From NCBI GenBank assembly GCA_028866895.1, contig JAGWHF010000002.1, positions 71,309 to 103,308 of the forward strand: 32,000 bases of DNA, read 5' to 3'. The stretch's first letter is position 1; every line of letters starts with the position of its first letter. The position numbers and the translations under genes are program-made. Below the pieces are notes generated by a model, which did not search any database, was not told where the DNA came from, and saw only the letters and a program-made list of their open reading frames with translations. Source of the stretch: Nitrososphaerota archaeon (GTDB lineage: Archaea; Thermoproteota; Nitrososphaeria; Nitrososphaerales; Nitrosopumilaceae). Positions 14,201-21,136 of this stretch are shown piece by piece.

Positions 14201-15296
14201 CTTGTACGAATGCTTTCTGTGTTTCTATTGGTGCCTCAAGTATTGCGCGCTGGATGTCCTTGTCCTTTGACTTTTTGGTCCACTCGTGGCGGAATTTTGA
14301 AAATTCCTTGTATGTCCCGCTTGTGCCACTGACAAAGTTCGTCGGATTATTTGCGCGAGGCCCTGGATTGGGAATTTCATTTCCGTTCTGTTTGGCAAGT
14401 TTCTGAACTCGAGTCAGTGCACTGTAATCAGAATTTGAAAATGCTGAACGTGCATATTTTTTTTCCTCGTGATATTCATTTTCTTCTGCCACTTGCCATG
14501 CCATCAATTCTGCGGCTTCTGGTGAGAGTATGCTCTTACCTTGGTGCAATGTCTTTGCGGGGATCGCAACCATGTCATTCATGGTGAGCCTGCCTGCCAT
14601 CTTCCAACCTTCTGGAGTGCAAAGCCTGTGACGCTTGGTGCATTCTATCGAGGCACCGTCGGCAAATGTGATCTTCATTATGTCCTCGTCAATCTTTTGT
14701 CTGAATACGCGCGTGACTTCTTTAGTCACAACCCTCCTTCCGTTAAATGACTGGACCTTGATTGGTTTTTTCAGGCTTGCCCACTCCTCATGGTTGTCCT
14801 TCTCCGTCACCTCGCCCTTGTCCCAGATTTCCTTAATTGTAACTTGACCATTTAGTGTGCTTATCAAAGTGTCTGGTAAAACGCACTTTCCAAGGCCCAT
14901 TTCGTCTGCAAGCAGCGCATTGCCCGATGACTTGAGCAGAAAGTCGAGCCCTTCCCTCTGGAAGTTGAGCAACGTGCCCCTGAACTGGCCTCCGGGAGTC
15001 GCCTTCCTGAGCTTTTCTATCTTGGTCCACCTTCTCTTGGGCACCTTCATATGCCTGGTCTTACGCTGCCATATGTTCCTCGACTTTATCTCAAGGGGAT
15101 ATGTCTCCATGATCCACTTTATCTTCTCGACGTTCTGTACAGTGTCAGGAACCATCGCCTCCTCTGGGCCGTCGCCGTACCATGCCTGTGGTATGACGCG
15201 GGCGACCATGCTTACCGCCCTTGAGCCTGTCAACTTCCATGTCCAGTTTTTAGAGTACGTATCCAAGACGTACTCTAGGGTTCCAAATTCTTTCAT
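11229..15296 (-). CDS. SNF2/Rad54-family helicase precursor containing two inteins (570-aa extein)
   Basis: SNF2 motifs present: I LLADEMGLGK|T (split), Ia LIVAPLVTLTNWERE, II VCDEVQHL, III LSGTPIYN, V GLRAGNVGINL, VI QAEDR|CHRIGQ (split). It is a single uninterrupted 1355-aa ORF. Confidence 0.95.
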   Translation of the reverse strand: MKEFGTLEYVLDTYSKNWTWKLTGSRAVSMVARVIPQAWYGDGPEEAMVPDTVQNVEKIKWIMETYPLEIKSRNIWQRKTRHMKVPKRRWTKIEKLRKATPGGQFRGTLLNFQREGLDFLLKSSGNALLADEMGLGKCVLPDTLISTLNGQVTIKEIWDKGEVTEKDNHEEWASLKKPIKVQSFNGRRVVTKEVTRVFRQKIDEDIMKITFADGASIECTKRHRLCTPEGWKMAGRLTMNDMVAIPAKTLHQGKSILSPEAAELMAWQVAEENEYHEEKKYARSAFSNSDYSALTRVQKLAKQNGNEIPNPGPRANNPTNFVSGTSGTYKEFSKFRHEWTKKSKDKDIQRAILEAPIETQKAFVQALFDAGGHVRKSQCEFTTASKSIALSLREILLHFGVWLRIREARKFATNGSKIRRKGYVCTIDANSVSRFHSEFRPLAIHKQKALDLLAAENHGKNIDHFPLQETTQKITEDGMPMRSLRLFTPHDQSQWMCKEISASGRAKMEPLHMHEIPWGLHGISSDSINWCPVKSLKVKHHAGYVYDLSVPETHNYIANGIITHNTIMTLAYLATEKQTFPALIVAPLVTLTNWEREAQKFLKKRSKNGRILEAQFPSSILIRTGKSQEIERHDVYIINYDLLYKRLGDLSKLGIRTIVCDEVQHLRSKSTKKYSAVKKLAALESVKYRIGLSGTPIYNRGSEIWPIVDILRPGLLGSFEEFCEYFCYVNEKGKAIVLENKRASLGDELRKHVMLRRKKSDVLKELKEKVRYKEFIDSDINYYHSELDKIWKRLEEEQKNATSAFDKFSSYKRAIQSERQAAGAAKLPHVIEFVKNIMEIEESVVVFCHHKAIHALLHKSLQEFSPSSIIGGQSDKERQNNIERFQNGQTKLMIAGLRAGNVGINLSVARYVIFAELDWSPAIHRQAEDRCIKQGQLVNVQNKGLIEIENVKLNDLVLTHLGNWKKVQNIKRREHRGLMTEITYHRYSKPLICTHDHRILVLKQDQAKPKWINADEILPGDFVLTPVPTKILDKTTVDMPEECFHNPTRKNQLGSVLTDGRYIQIQRRTELDDDLLCLFGLYTAEGFSGKTDGKGSFISLPGHVREMPVLEKLGERLGKLGATYSIECNEGNAELRAYSAGLATWFSKWFGGNAHEKRIPEFILDLPAQKLKIFFGAYCKGEDNLRDSRQEWVTDSRQLASQINLIALKCGFMPSLMEIENGKEGGQWIGGYAINGDPGDKKHDVKDNEYCYQPVKDVRTYHDRATVYDLTVEDDHSFVVGQASVHNCHRIGQKNTVFAYYLIGNGTLDDHVANVLVDKSYEIDAIMDEKEEAFENKDKAELILAQIHDRLTTKH
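11436..12506 (-). mobile_element. Intein 2 (357 aa, residues 931-1287) with LAGLIDADG endonuclease domain, inserted in SNF2 motif VI
   Basis: It begins at Cys1 (CIKQGQLVNV). Block B is THDH. LAGLIDADG motifs are LFGLYTAEGF and FFGAYCKGED. The C-terminus is VYDLTVEDDHSFVVGQASVHN with +1 Cys. Junction codons were verified on the nucleotide sequence. Confidence 0.9.
13602..14885 (-). mobile_element. Intein 1 (428 aa, residues 138-565) with LAGLIDADG-type endonuclease domain, inserted in the SNF2 P-loop (GLGK|T)
   Basis: It begins at Cys1 (CVLPDTLISTLNG). Block B is TKRH. The endonuclease motif LFDAGGHV is clear, while the first motif is degenerate. The C-terminus is VYDLSVPETHNYIANGIITHN with +1 Thr. 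Junction codons were verified. Confidence 0.9.
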
Positions 15297-15486
15297 GCCT
15301 ATCTAATTTCCCGAGAGTTGAGCAATTCGGTTTATGAACCTTTTACTTTCAGCCCAGAATGCAGATATTCCATTTTTATGCCGGATTCGGTCAATTTTTA
15401 ACAGAATTGATCTTTTTTATCATAATATGTAGCGCATGATGCGGCCTTAGCAAAAGATCGTCTTCCTTGAGCACGACCCACTGGCC

Positions 15487-15999
15487 TTATTCCTTTCCGG
15501 TCGAGGTCTTGTGTACTGTCTTTATCTTCCCGTTGTCGCTGTCGTACCTCAGAAGCAACGCATACCTCCCCCACTCTACAATCCAGCTGAACGTCTGCTC
15601 AGGGTCGACGTCGGGCATGTTATCCTTGAGGAACCCTACCAGCTCCTCCTTCGTCACCTCGCCCCCGTGCTCCATCCTGATAAAGTCTATTATCGCCTTG
15701 AACTCGCCGGATGAGGCAAGCATCTTGTTGAGCATCCTCTTTCTGGCAGCCGCACTCTTTGAGAGCAGCATCCTGCCCTCGTCTGTAAGTATCAGATCGC
15801 CCGAGTCCACCTGCAGCATGTGCAGAAGCTTTGCGGCGTCAACGGCGGGAAGTATGTCGTCAAGCTCAAGTCTCAGCTCGTCGGCAACCTTGGCCAGATC
15901 AACCTTTCCCTTGAAGTCCTGGAGGACCTCCAAGAGGCCGATCATGTTCCCTACCTGCACCCGGGGAATGGTCACCTGTCTAGTTCCTCCACAAAACAA
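15487..15999 (-). CDS. AAA-associated-domain protein (stand-alone C-terminal domain of NitT/TauT-type ABC ATPases)
   Basis: The layout LPRV.VG.MIGLLEVL...GKVDLAKVADELRLELDDILPAVDAAKLLHML matches my memory of the AAA-associated domain. It is the last gene of the ABC operon. The start is TTG 15999 or a nearby GTG. Confidence 0.65.
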   Translation of the reverse strand: MFCGGTRQVTIPRVQVGNMIGLLEVLQDFKGKVDLAKVADELRLELDDILPAVDAAKLLHMLQVDSGDLILTDEGRMLLSKSAAARKRMLNKMLASSGEFKAIIDFIRMEHGGEVTKEELVGFLKDNMPDVDPEQTFSWIVEWGRYALLLRYDSDNGKIKTVHKTSTGKE

Positions 16000-16033
16000 G
16001 TTTCGTTCGATGCTTGCGCCAAATAAAGTTTCA

Positions 16034-16813
16034 TCATACTATCATTCCTGTGATCTCGTCGACCAGCCTGTAAAGCTCGGCGCTCCTTGGGTCTCGCGGC
16101 CTTGGGATGTTTACCATTACCTCCTTTGCAATCGTCCCGGGCCTAGACGTGAGTACCACTATCCTGTCTGACATGTACACTGCCTCCTCCACATTATGGG
16201 TCACCATTACCACTGCCTCGGGAGGCAGTGTTGGATCTGCCCAGAGGTGCAGCACCTCCTCCCTAAGGTGAGTTGATGTCAGGGGATCAAGTGCTGAGAA
16301 CGGCTCGTCCATCAGGAGGATCTCGGGCTCGGACACCATTGCCCTGGCAAGTCCTACCCTCTGCTTCATACCCCCTGAGAGCTCCCTCGGATACGCCTCT
16401 TCGTATCCTTCGAGGCCTATCACCTTGATGACTTCAAGCGACCTTCTTCTCTTCTCCTCCTTCCCGAAGGGCTTGCCCTCGAGACCAAGCTCCACATTCT
16501 CGACTACGTTGAGCCACGGAAAGAGGGCAAATGTCTGGAAGACCATCGACATGGCCTCGCAGACCCCATCTAGCTTCCTGTCGTGGTAGTACACCTCGCC
16601 ATCTTCCGGCTTTGAGAGGCCCATCATTATGCGCAGGAGAGTCGACTTGCCGCACCCCGATGGTCCCACGATGCTGACAAACTCGTGCTGCGTGATTGAT
16701 AGATTGATGTGCTCAAGGACCACATGGGGCCTTGCTGCCATCTGCCCGTAAGCCTTTGTGACATTGCGCAATTCGACGAGTTTTTGCAAATTTGTCTGCT
16801 CTGTCAATCCCAA
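16034..16813 (-). CDS. ABC transporter ATP-binding protein (NitT/TauT-like)
   Basis: Walker A is GPSGCGKST, the signature is LSGGMKQRVGLARA, and Walker B is LLMDEPFSALD. The H-loop is VTHN. The TTG start lies 4 nt after the permease stop. Confidence 0.95.
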   Translation of the reverse strand: MGLTEQTNLQKLVELRNVTKAYGQMAARPHVVLEHINLSITQHEFVSIVGPSGCGKSTLLRIMMGLSKPEDGEVYYHDRKLDGVCEAMSMVFQTFALFPWLNVVENVELGLEGKPFGKEEKRRRSLEVIKVIGLEGYEEAYPRELSGGMKQRVGLARAMVSEPEILLMDEPFSALDPLTSTHLREEVLHLWADPTLPPEAVVMVTHNVEEAVYMSDRIVVLTSRPGTIAKEVMVNIPRPRDPRSAELYRLVDEITGMIV

Positions 16814-16817
16814 TCCC

Positions 16818-18476
16818 TCAATCTAGCCTGTACTTGGAAAAAGTAATCTTGTAAAGGCGCCTCCAGACTAGTCTGTTGAGTCCGACTACGACGCATACCA
16901 TGACGACTATGGTGAGCATCAGGAGGCTGACGTTGCCAATCTCATATGCAGCCCGGTTCATCAGGGATCCTATGCCAAGGACAGACATTGTTTGCTTGTT
17001 GAACGTGATGTACTCCGAGAGCACAAGCGCGTTCCAGCCCCCGCCCCATGCTGTGATGCTGCCTGTTATGAAGGAGGGCAGGATTGCGGGGAAGATAAGC
17101 TTGCGCATCTTCTGGAAGCCTGTTATCCTGTATGTCTTTGATACCTCGACTAGATCCGACGGGATTGCCTTTACACCGCCTAGTATGTTGAACAGGAGGT
17201 ACCACTGCATGCCCGTCATCGTAAGTATGATTGATGTCAACTGCAGGCCGCCTGGAAGGTTCATGGTCCCAAGCACGATGAGGGGGAAGAGCGCGGTGGC
17301 AGGGAGTGACGCCAGAATCTCCATTGCAAATACCGAGGTGCCAAAAGATCTGGGCTTTCCCGAAATTTTGAGAGCAAGAGGGAGTATCCAGGCAATGCTC
17401 AGGAGGTATGCCACCATCAGCCTCAAAAGCGAGAAGCCGAGCGCCGCAGGAATCTGGCTTGCGGCCGAGATTACCTCCTGCTTTCTAAGGTCGTTTGATA
17501 TGCTTGCGGGAATGGAGATGAGGCCGGCTATGACGGCCTCGCTTGTAACTATAAAGACTGCAGCTGCAACGACGGATGCGACCACTATGACCAACTTCCG
17601 GTGCCTCTGCATTATCCTGCCCTCTTCTGCCGCATACCTTACGGTCTGGGCGATTGGCCTGAACGTGGTAGTGGTGATGGCATGGGTGAGCGCAGTGGGT
17701 GGCCTGACAGGCAGGACTGCAAGGTGGCTTCTCAGCCATGTTATCCTCTGGTCGTGCGGGGACCTGCCGTCCTCCTCCGAGGATATGGACTCGTACCGGA
17801 ACCTGTCTGCATAATGTCTCAGCGGCCTCCACAGTGCAAGGTCGACAATCAGTATCATCGTGACAAGTACGATCAGTCCTAGTACCGTACCCTGATAGTT
17901 GCCCGCATATGTCGCATCTGCAAGGTAGCTTCCTATGCCCTGCAGCTTGAACTGCTGCGAACCTATGGAGATCATCTCTGCTGCCACAAGGTAGTACCAT
18001 CCAGTTGACCAGGACAGGATGCCGTTGTAAATGAGCTTTGGAACAGAGGCCGGGATGTAAAGCGTCCGGAACTTCCTCCATCCTTTGAGGCTAAACGATC
18101 CTGCCGCCTCCTCGAGGTCAGCCGGAATGGACGAGACAGACTCGTAGACCGCAAACGCCAAGTTCCATGCCTGGCTTGTAAATATGAGGAAGACTGCCGC
18201 AAGCTCGACGCCCACCCAGCTATGCTGAAAGAGCGCAATGAAGAAGAAGATCGCCGCGGGAAAGAAACCGAGTATCGGCACCGACTGCAGTATGTCGAGG
18301 ACAGGCATCAATATCCTCTCCGCCCTCTTGTTGCGGGCAGCTGCCACTCCGTACGATATGGCAAAGGCGTATGATATTACAAGTGCGATTGCCATCCGCA
18401 GGAGAGAGTAGGAGGAGTAGAGGAACACATGCAGGATCCCACCTAGGGAAAGGCCAGAAAGTATGTCTGCTGCCAT
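16818..18476 (-). CDS. ABC transporter permease with two fused transmembrane domains, 552 aa
   Basis: It is highly hydrophobic and carries two EAA-loop-like motifs, one per half: LEEAAGSFSLKGWRKFRTLYIPASVP and LVEVSKTYRITGFQKMRKLIFPAILP. Confidence 0.9.
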   Translation of the reverse strand: MAADILSGLSLGGILHVFLYSSYSLLRMAIALVISYAFAISYGVAAARNKRAERILMPVLDILQSVPILGFFPAAIFFFIALFQHSWVGVELAAVFLIFTSQAWNLAFAVYESVSSIPADLEEAAGSFSLKGWRKFRTLYIPASVPKLIYNGILSWSTGWYYLVAAEMISIGSQQFKLQGIGSYLADATYAGNYQGTVLGLIVLVTMILIVDLALWRPLRHYADRFRYESISSEEDGRSPHDQRITWLRSHLAVLPVRPPTALTHAITTTTFRPIAQTVRYAAEEGRIMQRHRKLVIVVASVVAAAVFIVTSEAVIAGLISIPASISNDLRKQEVISAASQIPAALGFSLLRLMVAYLLSIAWILPLALKISGKPRSFGTSVFAMEILASLPATALFPLIVLGTMNLPGGLQLTSIILTMTGMQWYLLFNILGGVKAIPSDLVEVSKTYRITGFQKMRKLIFPAILPSFITGSITAWGGGWNALVLSEYITFNKQTMSVLGIGSLMNRAAYEIGNVSLLMLTIVVMVCVVVGLNRLVWRRLYKITFSKYRLD

Positions 18477-18611
18477 GGTATGCTAGGGCGGACTGGACGG
18501 GTTTATACGCATTTTGATCCTGCAAGTCCCCCGGGGTTTACTACACGGGCTGCCATTCCTGCCATTGTTCCATGCCAAATGGTAAAATATGATCCGCTCC
18601 GAGGTACTCGT

Positions 18612-18893
18612 ATGAAGGTCTTGGTCGATGAGATGTATGACGGGATGGACGCAAGGCTCAGGGATTTCGGATACGAAGCCTTTAGCGTAAAAAAACTCAT
18701 CCAAGACGGCAAAAAGCTGACAAGCGATTACTCGGTGATAAGATTTGCGGAGGAGAACGGCATGGTGGTAGTGACGGAGGACGTCGAGATGGGCAAGGCA
18801 TGCAGGGAGAACAACATACCGTGCGTACTGCTTGACACCGAGGCGCTCTTCAAGATAATGCTTGAGGAACTAGGCAACTTCAGGAATAGATGA
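18612..18893 (+). CDS. PIN-like / Mut7-C N-terminal-like (DUF5615-type) small protein, 93 aa
   Basis: MKVLVDEMYDGMDARLRDFGYEAFSV...VIRFAEENGMVVVTEDVEM follows the M.FLVD...L...LR..GYD....D..I...A...G..LVT.D pattern. ATG 18612 has a TATA-like GGTAAAATATG about 30 nt upstream. The 3' end overlaps the DedA gene by 24 nt. Confidence 0.55.
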   Translation: MKVLVDEMYDGMDARLRDFGYEAFSVKKLIQDGKKLTSDYSVIRFAEENGMVVVTEDVEMGKACRENNIPCVLLDTEALFKIMLEELGNFRNR

Positions 18894-19496
18894 CCTTCTC
18901 TTCCTCCAGTAGTAGATTATAGCTATTATTACCGCTATCACCACTATGGCGTCAAAGAAACTCGAGTATTTTTTTATGCCGACCCAGTTCTGGCCGAGTT
19001 TTATCCCTATGAATGTAAGGGCGGCATTCCAGATTATCGAGCCTGCAAGCGTGAGTATGGAAAACCTGCCCAGGCTCATCTTTCCCGTCCCTGCAGGCAG
19101 TGATACGTATGTCCTTACTATGGGTAGCAGTCTGCTTACGAAGGTGGCCCTGTCGCCGTATTTTTTAAAATAAGATTCTGCGATGTCCAGGTGCGACTTT
19201 CTGATGAGTATGTACCTTCCATATTTCAGTACGAGCCCCCTGCCAACATAAGCCCCCACAAAGTAGGCTATGAGGGAGCCTGCAAGGTTTCCAAGAGAGC
19301 CTGCAGCAATCACCAACAATACGTTGAATTTTCCAGACGATACAAGGTATCCAGAAAATGGCATGACGACCTCACTTGGTATGGGGATGAGTGCGCTTTC
19401 ACCCACCATGAGCAGGAAGATCCCAATGTAGCCCGAATTTGATATTGTCTGCACTACGAAATTGGTAAGGCTTGAAAGAATCTCAAGTGTGACCAA
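18870..19496 (-). CDS. DedA-family membrane protein
   Basis: GYIGIFLLMVGESALIPIPSEVVMPFSGYL is the characteristic DedA N-terminal re-entrant motif. Multiple TM segments are present. TTG start at 19496. Confidence 0.88.
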   Translation of the reverse strand: MVTLEILSSLTNFVVQTISNSGYIGIFLLMVGESALIPIPSEVVMPFSGYLVSSGKFNVLLVIAAGSLGNLAGSLIAYFVGAYVGRGLVLKYGRYILIRKSHLDIAESYFKKYGDRATFVSRLLPIVRTYVSLPAGTGKMSLGRFSILTLAGSIIWNAALTFIGIKLGQNWVGIKKYSSFFDAIVVIAVIIAIIYYWRKRRSSIPEVA

Positions 19497-19540
19497 CCCT
19501 TCTATAGCCGTGATACTACTGAATTATACCTATCGGGACC

Positions 19541-19705
19541 CTACCACGTGCCGCTTGTGGTAAAGCCTGGCTCATCGAAGTTCCTCTGCGGGGCATGCTT
19601 GTGCGCCTTCTTCATGTGTCTGTCCAGACGTACTGGGTCATTGAGCTCAAGGCCGCATTCCTTGCATTTCGTCTGAGCCTCTTCCTTCTTCTTGAACAAG
19701 CCCAT
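19541..19705 (-). CDS. Small C2H2 zinc-finger protein, 54 aa (not in ORF track)
   Basis: Hand translation: MGLFKKKEEAQTKCKECGLELNDPVRLDRHMKKAHKHAPQRNFDEPGFTTSGTW. The spacing is exactly C-x2-C-x12-H-x4-H. An AT-rich box lies about 25 nt upstream of the ATG. Confidence 0.6.
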   Translation of the reverse strand: MGLFKKKEEAQTKCKECGLELNDPVRLDRHMKKAHKHAPQRNFDEPGFTTSGTW

Positions 19706-19808
19706 GATGCTACTACCCAAAATATGCTAATATTCTTTTCCGGTATTTCCACGGGCCATGGTCTCTCGATGGTGCGTATAACATGCGTGGATTGGATCGC
19801 ATAGGTGG

Positions 19809-19847
19809 ATAAAAATGGCACCTGCGTAGGAACTTGCTACGCAGTGG
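19809..19847 (-). terminator. Hairpin plus T-run downstream of the methyltransferase gene
   Basis: CTGCGTAG (19822..19829) and CTACGCAG (19837..19844) form a perfect 8-bp stem with a 7-nt loop. On the minus strand this is followed by CCATTTTTAT. It lies about 65 nt after the stop at 19913. Confidence 0.45.
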
Positions 19848-19912
19848 GTACCAGCGGAACTGGTATTACAGGGTGGTGTAACATCTGCAGGAAGATAAGG
19901 TTTTGTTCGTTC

Positions 19913-20803
19913 TTATGCGACACACTTTATAAGAGCATATTCGATGCGCCGTCGGTTGGAAACCTCCCTCATCTTGAGGAGGGACCTGTAGAGGATCCCC
20001 TCTACATACGAGGGGTACCTCTCGAGGATCTTCTTTCTAAGGTATTCCCTGTTCTGCAGGTAGTAATCTGCAAGCGGGTTGTAGACTTTCTTGCCTATGA
20101 GTTCGGAGGAGGCGACCTTCATGCCGGATTTGCTTAAGGTCCGGGTCAGATCATCGAGCATGTAGTGCTCCGAGGACCACGTGAACGAGAGTATTCCAAG
20201 CTTGAAAAGATGAATCCGTGCGGGCTCGACGACCACGGGTATGGCAATGGCAAGTATGCCGCCTGGCCTGAGCACTCTCCTTGACTCGTGCACAAACTCA
20301 GAAAATGGCCTAAAATGCTGGGCGGACTCGAGCGCAATCACCCTGTCCATCGACCCATCTGCAAGGGGCAACCTTGTCGCAGTCGAGTTTATGAGGCCGA
20401 TACCTGTCCCGGCATCGGGTCTTCCTATACCGGCAAGCCTCATTGATGCCTCAAGCTGTCCCCTGTTGACGTTGAGGCAGGAGATCCTAATCTGCGGAAA
20501 GTCGCCCTTCCACACATCGGCAGGCTCGGAGAACCCACTGCCGACATCCAGCACGTCCCGGGCCGAGCCAAGCTCTGCAAGCCCGCCGATCATCCTGCAT
20601 AGTGCAGTCTGGGCCTCGGACGGCGCCGTGGTTTTATCTGTCCAGTACCCGAAGTTGAGCATATTTCCGCCTGTGGAGATCTGCATCAGCAGGGCAAGCG
20701 CATCATACATGTTTACTACGTCGGCCTCATTTCTGCGGAACGTCCAGAGCAGTACATCCAACGGCCTTATCTTGGCCGATTTCTTGCGGTCCACCTGCAT
20801 CAT
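19913..20803 (-). CDS. Class I SAM-dependent methyltransferase (small-molecule type)
   Basis: Motif I is VLDVGSGFSEP, the post-I region is RISCLNV, and LRPGGILAIA is present. NFGYW lies upstream of motif I. I chose ATG 20803 (MMQVD) because a TATA-like GATTTTTAAGC lies about 25 nt upstream. The TTG at 20851 is an alternative. Confidence 0.85.
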   Translation of the reverse strand: MMQVDRKKSAKIRPLDVLLWTFRRNEADVVNMYDALALLMQISTGGNMLNFGYWTDKTTAPSEAQTALCRMIGGLAELGSARDVLDVGSGFSEPADVWKGDFPQIRISCLNVNRGQLEASMRLAGIGRPDAGTGIGLINSTATRLPLADGSMDRVIALESAQHFRPFSEFVHESRRVLRPGGILAIAIPVVVEPARIHLFKLGILSFTWSSEHYMLDDLTRTLSKSGMKVASSELIGKKVYNPLADYYLQNREYLRKKILERYPSYVEGILYRSLLKMREVSNRRRIEYALIKCVA

Positions 20804-20881
20804 CCCACCTCTGCCCGTAACATGCTTAAAAATCTGCGGAACGGAACTCAACTTTTTATCACGGGAGGAGTATGAAATCCC

Positions 20882-21136
20882 ATGGACGCATGCGATGCAA
20901 GGACCAAGGCGTACAAGAACGGAAGGACGTTTGACCAGAGTAGGAAGGTTGCCGAATCACTCTCGTCCGAGATTGCAGGTAGGGTGGATGTGGAGGGACA
21001 GGTTGCATGGAAGGACATACTCGAGGTCTCAGGCCATGACGAGCTTGTCTACAAACTCACGCTGAAGTACCTCCGGCAGGCAGGCTACAACATCGGGGAC
21101 TGGAAAGTCCCGCGTGTCACTGCACCTACTGCCTAG
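20882..21136 (+). CDS. Hypothetical protein, 84 aa
   Basis: ATG ORF with protein-like composition. A TATA-like TTTTTATC lies about 25 nt upstream. It is divergent from the methyltransferase gene. No motif recognised. Confidence 0.45.
   Translation: MDACDARTKAYKNGRTFDQSRKVAESLSSEIAGRVDVEGQVAWKDILEVSGHDELVYKLTLKYLRQAGYNIGDWKVPRVTAPTA

Noticed and set aside
15467-16171. A 234-aa plus-strand ORF spanning two genes.
   Set aside because: It is antisense to the AAA-associated-domain gene and to the ABC ATPase 3' end. It is a Ser-rich shadow ORF.
16876-17814. A 312-aa plus-strand ORF, plus a 198-aa minus-strand alternative-frame ORF (17485..18081).
   Set aside because: They are antisense to, or out of frame within, the ABC permease gene. 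The permease frame has coherent TM segments and EAA loops. These ORFs have skewed Arg/Pro/Ser/His composition.
20241-21065. A 274-aa plus-strand ORF.
   Set aside because: It is antisense to the methyltransferase, whose frame carries clear SAM-binding motifs. It is Ser/Pro-rich with no motifs.
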